NCBI GenBank assembly: GCA_964518425.1
Contig: CAZFGG010000001.1
Location: 120,597-176,935 of the forward strand
Source: an uncultured Gammaproteobacteria bacterium
GTDB lineage: Bacteria; Patescibacteriota; Patescibacteriia; SBBC01; CAIJZX01
DNA length: 56,339 nt
Reading direction: 5' to 3'
Notes under the pieces: model-generated
The model's input: only the letters and a program-made list of their open reading frames with translations
What the model was told of the DNA's origin: nothing
The model's database searches: none
Part shown: one piece after another, positions 39,758 to 48,566 of the stretch
Layout: the number at the start of each line of letters is the position of its first letter
How positions within the stretch are numbered: the stretch's first letter is position 1
Position numbers and translations under genes: made by a program

Positions 39758-40312
39758 ATGACGCCTCGTCTCCTCGAACGCTATCGCCAACAGGCTGTCC
39801 CGGCCCTGCTCAAAGAACTGCAGCTGTCGAGCCCGCTGGCTGTCCCGACGATCAGCAAAGTCGTTCTCAACGTTGGCTTTGGTAAACACCTCAAAGACCC
39901 CAAGCACCAAGAAACTGTCGTGGCGACCCTAACGCGGATTACCGGCCAGAAACCGGTCATGACTGCGGCCAAGAAATCCGTGGCGGCCTTCAAAATCCGA
40001 ACAGGCATGGTTATTGGGGCGAAGGTTACCTTGCGCGGGCCACAAATGTGGGAATTCCTCGATAAGTTCATCAACATTACCTTACCCCGAGTCCGAGATT
40101 TTCACGGCATTGATCCGAAAGGTTTCGGTCGGGCCGGGACCCTGACTGTCGGCCTCCGCGAAAACGTCGTCTTTCCAGAAATTCGGAGCGATGAAATTGA
40201 ACATGTTCATGGTCTGGAAGTAGCCATCGTCACAACCGCTCGCTCAGCCGCGGCCGGCCAAGCCCTCCTCAAACACCTCGGTTTTCCGTTTACTCAATCA
40301 CCCAATCGCTAA
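39758..40312 (+). CDS. rplE: 50S ribosomal protein L5
   Basis: P.I.KVVLNVG.G and G..V.LRG..MWEFLD. Confidence 0.97.
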   Translation: MTPRLLERYRQQAVPALLKELQLSSPLAVPTISKVVLNVGFGKHLKDPKHQETVVATLTRITGQKPVMTAAKKSVAAFKIRTGMVIGAKVTLRGPQMWEFLDKFINITLPRVRDFHGIDPKGFGRAGTLTVGLRENVVFPEIRSDEIEHVHGLEVAIVTTARSAAAGQALLKHLGFPFTQSPNR

Positions 40313-40315
40313 CCT

Positions 40316-40501
40316 ATGGCTACCGCTGCCCAGATGGCTAAGTCCAATAAGCGCCCGAAATATTCGAGCCGAATTGTCCGTCGTTGTTGGCGCTGCGGGC
40401 GGTCGCGCGGGTACATTCGCGATTTTAATCTCTGCCGTATTTGCTTCCGTGAACTCGCCAATAAGGGAGATATCCCCGGCATCGTCAAAGCCTCTTGGTA
40501 A
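40316..40501 (+). CDS. rpsN: 30S ribosomal protein S14, zinc-binding type Z
   Basis: 61 aa, CWRCG...CRIC, C-terminal KASW. Confidence 0.96.
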   Translation: MATAAQMAKSNKRPKYSSRIVRRCWRCGRSRGYIRDFNLCRICFRELANKGDIPGIVKASW

Positions 40502-40507
40502 ATTTCT

Positions 40508-40891
40508 ATGACTGATCCCATCGCCGACTTCCTGACTCGCATTCGCAACGCCCAACTGGCTCGCCAGACAGAGGTTGTCCTGCCATACTCAAAATTGAAA
40601 TACGCCATGGCCCAGGTCCTGGAGCGGGAAGGCTGGATTGTCGGTTTAGCCTCGCTTGACCAGAATACGAAACTGAAATTATTGTTGAAGTTTGACCACG
40701 GCCAACCAGTCATCACCCACCTCAAGCGTGTTTCTACCCCTGGTCGCCGGGTGTACGTGAAACGGGATCAGCTGCCGCATGTGATGGGCGGGTTTGGGAT
40801 GGCTATTATTTCTACGCCCAAGGGTTTGATGACGAACCGTGAAGCGCGCCAAGCGAAGCTCGGCGGCGAAGTCTTATGTGAAATTTCCTAA
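40508..40891 (+). CDS. rpsH: 30S ribosomal protein S8
   Basis: MTDPIADFLTRIRNA and ISTP.G.MT...AR....GGEVLC. Confidence 0.97.
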   Translation: MTDPIADFLTRIRNAQLARQTEVVLPYSKLKYAMAQVLEREGWIVGLASLDQNTKLKLLLKFDHGQPVITHLKRVSTPGRRVYVKRDQLPHVMGGFGMAIISTPKGLMTNREARQAKLGGEVLCEIS

Positions 40892-40895
40892 TTCT

Positions 40896-41447
40896 ATGTC
40901 CCGCGTTGGAAAACTCCCCATTACCGTTCCTCCTGGCGTCACCATGACGACGACTGGCCAGCAGGTTGAGATCAAAGGTCCGAAAGGCGCCCTGAGTTTG
41001 ACGGTGCACCCACAAGTGACCATGACCCAGGCTGAACAACAGCTGACGGTTTCGGTCAAGCATCCCGATCACCAAGACGAGCGAGCCTTATGGGGCTTGT
41101 GGCGTATGCTGATCGCGAACGCAGTCACCGGCGTGACGGAAGGTTTCAAGAAACAGCTGGAAATCAACGGTGTTGGTTTCAAGGCCGCCGTCAGCGGGCA
41201 AACGCTCAATCTCAATTTAGGTTTTTCCCATCCGATCGCCTTTCCTATCCCTGACGGCGTTTTGATCACGGTCGAGAAGAACGTGGTCACCATCAGCGGT
41301 ATTGATAAGCAACTCGTCGGCGAAACAGCGGCCACCATCCGACGCCTGAAGAAACCCGAACCATATAAAGGCAAGGGCATCAAATACGTTGATGAAGTCA
41401 TCCGTCGCAAAGCCGGTAAAGTCGTTAAAGCGGCCGGCGCCAAGTAA
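40896..41447 (+). CDS. rplF: 50S ribosomal protein L6
   Basis: MSRVGK.PI..P.GV and the PEPYKGKGI.Y motif. Confidence 0.97.
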   Translation: MSRVGKLPITVPPGVTMTTTGQQVEIKGPKGALSLTVHPQVTMTQAEQQLTVSVKHPDHQDERALWGLWRMLIANAVTGVTEGFKKQLEINGVGFKAAVSGQTLNLNLGFSHPIAFPIPDGVLITVEKNVVTISGIDKQLVGETAATIRRLKKPEPYKGKGIKYVDEVIRRKAGKVVKAAGAK

Positions 41448-41450
41448 TCT

Positions 41451-41807
41451 ATGACGACCTCCTCTCTTTCCAAACATCAGGCTCGTCATCGACGGCACCG
41501 CCGCATTCGCGCCAGCGTTCGCGGTACGGCCGCTCGTCCGCGTTTAGCTGTTTTCCGAAGTCTGAAACACATCAGCGCCCAACTCATTGACGATCAACAC
41601 GGATTGACACTCGTCAGCGCCGCGGATCGAGAAATAACCGCCCCAGGAAAAAAATCGGAACGAGCCGCCGCGGTTGGTGAATTGATTGCCACCAAAGCGA
41701 AAGCTAAAAAAATTACCGCCGTTGTCTTCGACCGGGGTGGCTATCTTTATCATGGTCGGGTGAAGGCCTTAGCCGAAGCTGCCCGCCAAGCTGGATTAAC
41801 TTTTTAA
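41451..41807 (+). CDS. rplR: 50S ribosomal protein L18
   Basis: R.RRH.R.R....GT..RPRL.VFRS..HI.AQ.ID and FDRGGY.YHGRV.ALA. Confidence 0.97.
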   Translation: MTTSSLSKHQARHRRHRRIRASVRGTAARPRLAVFRSLKHISAQLIDDQHGLTLVSAADREITAPGKKSERAAAVGELIATKAKAKKITAVVFDRGGYLYHGRVKALAEAARQAGLTF

Positions 41808-41810
41808 CCT

Positions 41811-42344
41811 ATGCCTCTCCCTTCTGTCCAAAAACGCGGTGGCGGCCAACGTCGGGGACGACGCAGTGGTCCTCGTGAAGCGCGAGAATTTGAGCAAAAG
41901 ACGATTGACCTGGCTCGCGTTACCCGTGTCGTCGCTGGTGGAAAGCGGATGCGTTTCCGCGCCACCGTCGCTATTGGCGATCAAAAAGGTAAACTCGGCA
42001 TTGGTATCGCCAAAGGCAATGACGTTTCGACGGCCATTCAAAAAGCCGTGACCGCCGCCAAGAAACATATGATTGTTGTGCCGATCGTGAACGATTCGAT
42101 TCCCCACCCGATCATGACCAAATATGGCGCAGCCAAAGTCCTCCTGAAGCCGGCGCCGAAAGGAAGTGGTGTCATTGCCGGTGGATCCGTGCGGCTGTTG
42201 ATGGAACTAGCCGGCGTCAAAAATGTGGTCGGAAAAATTCTCGGCTCGCCGAACAAAATTAATAATGTTTACGCTGTGATGCAAGCCTTGGCCAAATTAA
42301 AAACACGTGAACAGGCGGCCGCCCAACGAGGGAAAACACTATGA
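41811..42344 (+). CDS. rpsE: 30S ribosomal protein S5
   Basis: RV.RVV.GGKR.RF.A.V..GD..G..G.G.GKA and GSGVIAGG.VR. Confidence 0.97.
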   Translation: MPLPSVQKRGGGQRRGRRSGPREAREFEQKTIDLARVTRVVAGGKRMRFRATVAIGDQKGKLGIGIAKGNDVSTAIQKAVTAAKKHMIVVPIVNDSIPHPIMTKYGAAKVLLKPAPKGSGVIAGGSVRLLMELAGVKNVVGKILGSPNKINNVYAVMQALAKLKTREQAAAQRGKTL

Positions 42345-42886
42345 TCCCGTTAGAAGCTATTATGCCCACATCTCCAAAACATCCTACTACTCAACGCTCG
42401 ATGAAAGGAGCTTCTAACGGGATGATCAGCCTGCACACGCTTTCGCCATCTCAAACGCGCCAGAAGTACAAACGTGTCGGTCGAGGAAACTCGTCCGGTA
42501 AGGGTACGACGGCTGGTCGCGGAACGAAAGGCCAACGCGCCCGGACTGGTGGACGAAATAAACTGACCCGTCGCGGCTTGAAGCATCTGATTGAACGGAC
42601 GCCGAAAACACGAGGCTTTCTCAGCCGACGAACAGCTATGTCCGTTGTGACCTTAAGCCAGCTTCAACAATCATTCTCCGATGGTCAGACGATTTCGCCA
42701 AACGCCTTGGTCAAGGCCGGCCTGCTCGCGCCGTCTCATCGCGGGGTTAAAATTATTGGTAACACGATCAGCAAGAAATTGATTATCAAGGCCAGCAAGT
42801 TTTCCTCGGCCGCCGCCGCGGCCATCACGAAAGCCGGCGGTCAAGCGGTCATGCCTGAAGCACAACCATCGTCTAACCCCACATAA
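42341..42886 (+). CDS. rplO: 50S ribosomal protein L15 (start uncertain: 42341 ATGA-overlap or 42422)
   Basis: KRVGRGNSSGKGTTAGRGTKGQ.AR.G. It follows rpsE directly, with no L30 gene in between. Confidence 0.93.
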   Translation: MIPLEAIMPTSPKHPTTQRSMKGASNGMISLHTLSPSQTRQKYKRVGRGNSSGKGTTAGRGTKGQRARTGGRNKLTRRGLKHLIERTPKTRGFLSRRTAMSVVTLSQLQQSFSDGQTISPNALVKAGLLAPSHRGVKIIGNTISKKLIIKASKFSSAAAAAITKAGGQAVMPEAQPSSNPT

Positions 42887-42889
42887 TCC

Positions 42890-44167
42890 ATGTGGCAGAA
42901 ACTCGCCCTGGTCTGGAAAATTCGTGAGGTTCGGAACAAAATCCTCTACGTCTTAGCGCTCCTGTTTATTTTCCGGCTCGCGGCGCACGTACCGATCCCG
43001 GGGGTCAACATCACGGCGCTCCAAAACTTTTTCCGGACGAATCAATTCCTGGGATTGCTGAACGTCTTCTCGGGCGGAAGTTATGACACTTTCTCGGTGG
43101 TCATGTTAGCGGTCGGTCCGTACATTACCGCCTCGATCATTTTCCAATTGCTGACCATGATTGTGCCAGCGCTGGAAAAACTTCAGAAAGAAGGAGAACG
43201 CGGCCAGGAGCGGATCAATCAATGGACCCGTTATCTGACCGTACCGCTGGCTGCTCTCCAAGGCTATGCCACCATTACCCTCATCCGCCGGGCGAGTTCG
43301 GCTATTTTACCGAACGTCAGTACCTTCCAGTTTGTCACGGCGATTATCACCATTACCGCTGGCACGATGTTTCTGATGTGGTTAGGTGAACTTATTTCCG
43401 AGAAAAAAATTGGTAACGGTATTTCCCTGATGATTTTCGCCGGTATTGTTTCCCGCTTGCCATCACAGGTCCAACGGACGGTGGCCGTCTTTGACTCGTC
43501 GCAAATTCTCCAAGCCTTGGTATTTATCGGCATTGCCATTATTACCATCGCCGGCGTCGTCTATGTCACCGAAGCCATTCGGAAAATCCCGGTCAATTAC
43601 GCCCGGCGTATTCGGGGCAACCAAATTGTCGGCGGAGCTGATACCTTCCTGCCACTACGGGTCAACCAAGCCGGCGTTATCCCGATCATCTTCGCGATCT
43701 CGCTTGTCCTCATGCCGTCACTCGTCTCGCAGTTCTTCGTTGGGTCAAAAATCACTTGGCTACAGCACTTGGCCTCATCGACGCTGAAATTATTCCAGCA
43801 AGGCGGAACACTCTACGATTCACTCTACTTCATCTTGGTCGTCGCCTTCACCTTTTTCTATACCGCTATTGTCTTTCAGCCGAACCAAGTCGCGGAAAAT
43901 TTACAAAAACAAGGCGGCTTCATTCCTGGCATCCGACCTGGCCGGCAAACGTCTGAATATTTGTCCTACGTCACGAACCGGATCATCTTGGCCGGTGCAC
44001 TGTTCCTCGGCGTGATTGCGATTTTGCCGAACATCATCCAGCGGTTCACCAACGTCACAACACTCATTGTTGGGGGTACGTCCCTCTTGATCGTTGTTAG
44101 CGTGGTCATTGAAACGGTCAAGCAAATTGAATCCCAATTAATTGTTCGCGACTACGAAGGGTTCTAG
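42890..44167 (+). CDS. secY: Preprotein translocase subunit SecY
   Basis: 425 aa, ten TM segments; ..L..LFIFRL..H.P.PG.. and GGTSLLI.V.V.. Confidence 0.98.
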   Translation: MWQKLALVWKIREVRNKILYVLALLFIFRLAAHVPIPGVNITALQNFFRTNQFLGLLNVFSGGSYDTFSVVMLAVGPYITASIIFQLLTMIVPALEKLQKEGERGQERINQWTRYLTVPLAALQGYATITLIRRASSAILPNVSTFQFVTAIITITAGTMFLMWLGELISEKKIGNGISLMIFAGIVSRLPSQVQRTVAVFDSSQILQALVFIGIAIITIAGVVYVTEAIRKIPVNYARRIRGNQIVGGADTFLPLRVNQAGVIPIIFAISLVLMPSLVSQFFVGSKITWLQHLASSTLKLFQQGGTLYDSLYFILVVAFTFFYTAIVFQPNQVAENLQKQGGFIPGIRPGRQTSEYLSYVTNRIILAGALFLGVIAILPNIIQRFTNVTTLIVGGTSLLIVVSVVIETVKQIESQLIVRDYEGF

Positions 44168-44191
44168 CGATTTCGGCTTTGCCAACTCCTT

Positions 44192-44200
44192 GTGTATACT
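44192..44200 (+). promoter_or_regulatory. Extended -10 (TGtTATACT) placed 9 nt before the adk ATG
   Basis: Motif lies in the secY-adk spacer. Confidence 0.4.
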
Positions 44201-44209
44201 AAGGGACGC

Positions 44210-44881
44210 ATGACTACGCCCCGGATTGTTATTCTCGGCCCACAAGGAGCTGGTAAAGGCACTCAAGCTGGTCGCTTGAAACATCGCCTTCATATCCCGC
44301 ACATCTCAGCTGGAGACGTTTTGCGTGATGAAATTGCCAGCGGATCAGCGCTTGGAAAAAAGATCGCCGCGATTATCAACGTCGGCAATATGTTGCCCGA
44401 CACGCTGACGAATTCGTTCATGCATAAGCGTTTAGCTCGACCGGACTGCCGTCGGGGCTGGATTGTTGACGGCTATCCGCGTTCATTCGAGCAAGCCCGC
44501 CCGTTTCAACAGTACGGTCGGCCGAATCTCGTCATCTATCTCCATTTCCGAGATAAAGACGCTATCCGCCGTCTGAGCGGCCGCCGGGTCTGCCCGAAAG
44601 GCCATATTTACCATGTCCGGCATGACCCACCAAAGAAGCGACGCGGGTATTGTGATCACGATGGGCTGAAATTGAAACAGCGCGACGACGATACCCCGGC
44701 GGCTATCCGTAAACGCCTCCACATTTATCATACCCGGACCGAACCAGTGATTGAGTGGTATCGTCACCAGCGTTTGGTCGTTGAGATCGATGCTACCAAG
44801 CCCATTCCCGCGGTCTACCGAAGCATTCTGCGAAAACTTCGCCGTTTCCCATGGCTATCATCACGGCTCCAGCAGAAGTAG
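44210..44881 (+). CDS. adk: Adenylate kinase (variant lid: C..H...C.D)
   Basis: ILGPQGAGKGTQ P-loop, GDVLR and DGYPR. It overlaps map by 31 nt. Confidence 0.93.
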   Translation: MTTPRIVILGPQGAGKGTQAGRLKHRLHIPHISAGDVLRDEIASGSALGKKIAAIINVGNMLPDTLTNSFMHKRLARPDCRRGWIVDGYPRSFEQARPFQQYGRPNLVIYLHFRDKDAIRRLSGRRVCPKGHIYHVRHDPPKKRRGYCDHDGLKLKQRDDDTPAAIRKRLHIYHTRTEPVIEWYRHQRLVVEIDATKPIPAVYRSILRKLRRFPWLSSRLQQK

Positions 44882-45600
44882 ACAAACTCCGGAAGAGTGG
44901 TCGTATCGCGGCGGCTGCACTGCAGGCGGTCACCGTTGCCGTCCAACCGGGCGTCACGACCAAAGAACTCGATGACATTGCCGAGCGGAACATTCGGCAG
45001 GCCGGAGGGACGCCATCATTTCTTGGCTTTGAAGGGTATCCGGCAAGTTTGTGTACCTCAGTGAACAACGAGGTCGTTCACGGTATTCCTTCCGCCCAGC
45101 GAATTCTTCGCGAAGGTGATATCGTTGGCTTGGACATCGGCGTAAACTATCAAGGTTTTTTCACTGATCACGCGGTCACCGTACCCGTTGGGAAGATTGA
45201 TCAGTCGACTGCAGCATTGCTCGCGGCCACAAAAAAATCGCTGAGTCTAGCCCTGAAAGCCGTCCGTCCGGGTGGACACATTGGCGATATTGGCGCGGCC
45301 ATCCAGAAATTTCTTGAACCGAAAGGGTATGGGATTGTTACCCAACTGACTGGCCACGGTGTCGGTCGGGCGGTCCACGAACCGCCGAGTATTTTCAACG
45401 CCGCGAAGAAGGGAAGTGGACCACTCATTGAACTCGGTATGGTCTTAGCAGTTGAACCAATGGTTACCGCCGGCCGGCCAGACGTTGACACCGAGCCGGA
45501 TGGTTGGACGATCGTAACCCGCGACGGCAGCCTGGCGGCTCATGAAGAACATACCGTCCTCGTGACGGAGCGCGGAGTGGAAATTATTACTGCCTCATGA
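44851..45600 (+). CDS. map: Methionine aminopeptidase, type I
   Basis: VHGIP, D..G...GY..D, GHG.G, LAVEP, EHTV metal-ligand order. Confidence 0.96.
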   Translation: MAIITAPAEVDKLRKSGRIAAAALQAVTVAVQPGVTTKELDDIAERNIRQAGGTPSFLGFEGYPASLCTSVNNEVVHGIPSAQRILREGDIVGLDIGVNYQGFFTDHAVTVPVGKIDQSTAALLAATKKSLSLALKAVRPGGHIGDIGAAIQKFLEPKGYGIVTQLTGHGVGRAVHEPPSIFNAAKKGSGPLIELGMVLAVEPMVTAGRPDVDTEPDGWTIVTRDGSLAAHEEHTVLVTERGVEIITAS

Positions 45601-46007
45601 GCACTATCCTCGGACTTGATGTTGGGGAACACAAAATCGGGGTGGCGATTGGTCAAACCGAAACCCGCTTTGCTTTTGCCCGACCGCCGATCCTGGTCAA
45701 GGACTGGAGAGAAGCCTGGCCGAAGATTACTGATGTGATTATGGCTGAGCAACCAGTCACCATTGTCGTTGGCTGGCCAATCAATAGCGACGGTAGCGTC
45801 GGGCCGCAAGCGAAAATCATCGAAGACTTTGTACGGGAGTTGAAAGGAAAAACGAAAATCCCGATTGTCCTGGCCGACGAGCGCTTGACGACCCAAGCCG
45901 TTCAACATGAGCAGGCTGGGCGATCATTAGGTCGAGGTCAAGAAGATAGCCTGGCCGCTCAACTGATGCTCGAAACGTACGTCTCGATGCCCCATGACGC
46001 AGACTGA
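45597..46007 (+). CDS. ruvX: Holliday-junction-resolvase-like nuclease YqgF/RuvX
   Basis: ILGLDVGEHKIGVA, VVGWP....G and DERLTT. Confidence 0.9.
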   Translation: MSTILGLDVGEHKIGVAIGQTETRFAFARPPILVKDWREAWPKITDVIMAEQPVTIVVGWPINSDGSVGPQAKIIEDFVRELKGKTKIPIVLADERLTTQAVQHEQAGRSLGRGQEDSLAAQLMLETYVSMPHDAD

Positions 46008-47091
46008 AATTTTAGTTGTCGTAGCCAGTTTCGGGCTGGCCGCCACCCTCACGCCGGTCATGGGATGGCTGGCGCGCCGCGCTGGAGCGATAGACGATCC
46101 GTCATCAGCACCTGATCGAAAACGTCACACTCGCCCGATTCCGCTGTTCGGTGGATTGGCCATCATTCTGTCCTCAAATATTGTTTGGTGGTGGGTCTTC
46201 CGTGATGTCCATTTGACTGCGGGTTTACCTGAGCATTTTTTATGGGGGCTCCTCGGCGCCAGCTTGTTGATCATGATTGGCGGAATTTGGGATGACCGCT
46301 TTGGCCTGAAACCGAGCGCCCAACTAGCTTGGTCAGCTGCTGCCGTCCTGGCAGCGATCATGGCGGGCATTGGTATTACCTTTATCACCAATCCGTTCGG
46401 CGGCGTGATTTTCCTTGATCAGGTCCGCTGGACCATCTGGCATTGGCGCGGCGCGGCCTACCACCTGACGCTCTGGGCCAGCCTCTTTACCTTTGCCTGG
46501 TTGATGATCACGATGTACACGACCAAGATTCTTGACGGCTTGGATGGTCTGGTCAGCGGGTTCGGCGTCATCGGTTCAGTCATCGTGTTCCTCCTGACCT
46601 TACGGCCGGAGGTCAGCCAACCGGGCGTCGCCATTATGGCCCTGACCTTAGCCGGCGCCTCTGCCGGATTCCTCGTTTGGAATTGGCACCCCGCCAAGAT
46701 TTTCCTGGGCGAAAGTGGATCGCTCTTTATTGGCTTCACCCTGGGCGTGTTAGCGATTATCTCGGGAGGAAAAATTGCCACGGCCCTACTGATCCTCGGG
46801 CTACCAATTCTCGACTTGCTGTGGGTCATCATCCAACGCTTCCGTCGCCGGGCCTCACCGCTCCGAACGGCCGACCGATCCCATCTGCACTTCCGCTTGC
46901 TTGATGCTGGCTTATCAACCCGCCAGACCGTCAGTATGCTCTATGCGGTCACGGCCACCTTCGGCTTAGCGACGCTGATCGTCAGCGGAAAAATGAAAGT
47001 GCTGGTCCTGGGTCTTCTCTTTTTCGTCATGGTGACGCTTGTTGGTTGGGTGTCCTCTCGACTCCATCGTTCACCACAGCCTTCGAAATAA
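45994..47091 (+). CDS. Glycosyltransferase family 4 polyprenyl-phosphate sugar-1-phosphate transferase (MraY/WecA-like)
   Basis: Polytopic, with IPLFGGLAI, DD..GL, N..DG.DGL and G.SG..F.GF motifs. Confidence 0.85.
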   Translation: MTQTEILVVVASFGLAATLTPVMGWLARRAGAIDDPSSAPDRKRHTRPIPLFGGLAIILSSNIVWWWVFRDVHLTAGLPEHFLWGLLGASLLIMIGGIWDDRFGLKPSAQLAWSAAAVLAAIMAGIGITFITNPFGGVIFLDQVRWTIWHWRGAAYHLTLWASLFTFAWLMITMYTTKILDGLDGLVSGFGVIGSVIVFLLTLRPEVSQPGVAIMALTLAGASAGFLVWNWHPAKIFLGESGSLFIGFTLGVLAIISGGKIATALLILGLPILDLLWVIIQRFRRRASPLRTADRSHLHFRLLDAGLSTRQTVSMLYAVTATFGLATLIVSGKMKVLVLGLLFFVMVTLVGWVSSRLHRSPQPSK

Positions 47092-47106
47092 CGTCATACG
47101 CTTCCC

Positions 47107-47610
47107 ATGAAAGTAAACTGGTTCGCTGTCATCATCGTCGCCCTGGTGTTGATTGCCGGCCTGAGTGCCTGGCCGGATGCCCGCACCTTTTTGCATCAGC
47201 AGCTCGGTCAAGCGTCACCGACTAGCGGTTATGGTCAAGCCAAAATAAAATTTTCTGAGGTCACCGTCCAGGCGGACGTTCCGTTATCGTCGGAACTGCA
47301 AGCCAAGGGCTTAGGTGGCCGAACTGGGCTTGGTGACAATGAAGGCATGGCCTGGATATATGATCAAGCCGGGGAGTACCAGTTTTGGATGAAAGACATG
47401 CTCATTCCGCTCGACTTCGTTTGGATTGACCAGGGCCAGATCGTTGACCTAACGGCGAACGTCGCCCCGCCGGCCCCGGGACAAGGAACACTCGGTTTGA
47501 ATATTTACCAGCCGAAACAACCGGTTAGCGTTGTCCTCGAAGTGAAGGCTGGTTTCATCGCTCAGCATCACCTATCCATTGGCGATCCGGTTGAGGTTGA
47601 CAGGCTGTAG
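47107..47610 (+). CDS. DUF192 family secreted protein
   Basis: N-terminal TM/signal segment. ...GL.GR..L....GM.......... FWMK.M..PLD..WID pattern. Confidence 0.8.
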   Translation: MKVNWFAVIIVALVLIAGLSAWPDARTFLHQQLGQASPTSGYGQAKIKFSEVTVQADVPLSSELQAKGLGGRTGLGDNEGMAWIYDQAGEYQFWMKDMLIPLDFVWIDQGQIVDLTANVAPPAPGQGTLGLNIYQPKQPVSVVLEVKAGFIAQHHLSIGDPVEVDRL

Positions 47611-47625
47611 CCTCAAAGGTATACT
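47597..47625 (+). promoter_or_regulatory. Consensus sigma-70 promoter for rplU (TTGACA-N17-TATACT)
   Basis: Perfect -35, 17-nt spacer and 5/6 match in the -10. It lies inside the 3' end of the DUF192 gene. Confidence 0.6.
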
Positions 47626-47652
47626 GTTCGAGCTCAATTCTCCATATTTCTT

Positions 47653-47961
47653 ATGTTCGCCATTATCCGCACCGGCGGTAAACAATACCGCGTCTCACCA
47701 GGGGACTCCCTGAAAATCGAGAAACTGAAAACTCCGGCCGGGAAATCCGTGGAATTTTCCGATGTCTTGCTCGTGTCCGACAAAGACACGACGATTGGCA
47801 CGCCGCTTGTCACTAAGGCCAAAGTCAGTGGTACCGTCGTGAAACACGCCCAGGGTGATAAAGTCACCGGCTACAAGTTCCACAACAAAGTCCGCTATAC
47901 TCGGAAGCTCGGTCATCGCCAAGAATATACGGAAGTCAAAATCGAGAAGATTTCGGTTTAA
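47653..47961 (+). CDS. rplU: 50S ribosomal protein L21
   Basis: MFAIIRTGGKQYRV..GD.L..EKL. Confidence 0.96.
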   Translation: MFAIIRTGGKQYRVSPGDSLKIEKLKTPAGKSVEFSDVLLVSDKDTTIGTPLVTKAKVSGTVVKHAQGDKVTGYKFHNKVRYTRKLGHRQEYTEVKIEKISV

Positions 47962-47978
47962 GAGATCCATTCACAACG

Positions 47979-48010
47979 CACAGCGCGGGCTTAAAGCCCG
48001 CGCTGTGTTT
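47979..48010 (+). terminator. Terminator hairpin after rplU
   Basis: 12-bp stem CACAGCGCGGGC/GCCCGCGCTGTG, loop TTAAA, then TTT. Confidence 0.7.
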
Positions 48011-48031
48011 GCGTAATCTTTGCATTGGCCC

Positions 48032-48060
48032 TTGACAGTATGACATATCTATGCTAACGT
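48032..48060 (+). promoter_or_regulatory. Promoter TTGACA-N17(TGc)-TAACGT that drives the non-coding region downstream
   Basis: Perfect -35 with 17-nt spacing and the same TGcTAnnnT -10 type as other promoters in the window. Confidence 0.55.
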
Positions 48061-48066
48061 CCTGCT

Positions 48067-48566
48067 TGCTTCATGGTTCACCTAGGGGCTAGGTGGCCTT
48101 GGAGGAGGAACACCTCCTTGGACAGGAGTGGCCGTACCATTCCTGGAGACCACCTTCTCATCGGTCGACCGTCCCGAGCCCCTCACCAGACGGTCACCCA
48201 GTAGTACTGGCTCACTCGCCGTTGTGGGTACGGCAGGCAGTTGTTTGAACCCTCCTTCCCTGGCCATGATGGTGGCCTAGCAGGGGTACGGCCTCTGCAA
48301 AAAGGATGACACCATTCCTGGGCGTGTGGGGACCATCCCCCCGAGCGAGGTGCGCTGATAGCCTCGTGAAGTGGCCTGATCAAAAGGCCAGCACTAAACT
48401 CTGCCAAGCCCTGGCAAAGCGTGCGCGACGTTCCCCTCGCGTGTTGTACCTGCTTCCTTACTTGGATCCCTGGCGCATGAGAGCGTCTAGTCGAAGATCA
48501 GCCTTCGATGAAAAGGATCCTTCCTCTTCCAGAGCCCCGCTTGAAACTAAGCCGGGCTCTTTTTTA
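48067..48566 (+). ncRNA. Candidate ~500-nt stand-alone structured RNA, family unresolved
   Basis: It has its own promoter and a plus-oriented terminator (48531-48566: 10-bp stem with one mismatch, then a T-run) and no credible ORF. Hairpins are dense. A 9-bp long-range complement pairs GGCCGTACC 48130-48138 with GGTACGGCC 48285-48293. An 11-nt direct repeat ACCATTCCTGG occurs at 48136 and 48311. Confidence 0.5.

Noticed and set aside
48067-48566. Assignment of the 500-nt RNA as RNase P RNA or tmRNA
   Set aside because: I looked on both strands for GGAAAGUCC and ACAGAA-N-CCGGCUUA (RNase P). I also looked for GGGGNNG...UUCGA-type T-arm plus CCACCA and an Ala-rich tag ORF with a stop (tmRNA). 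None was present, so the family is left open rather than forced.
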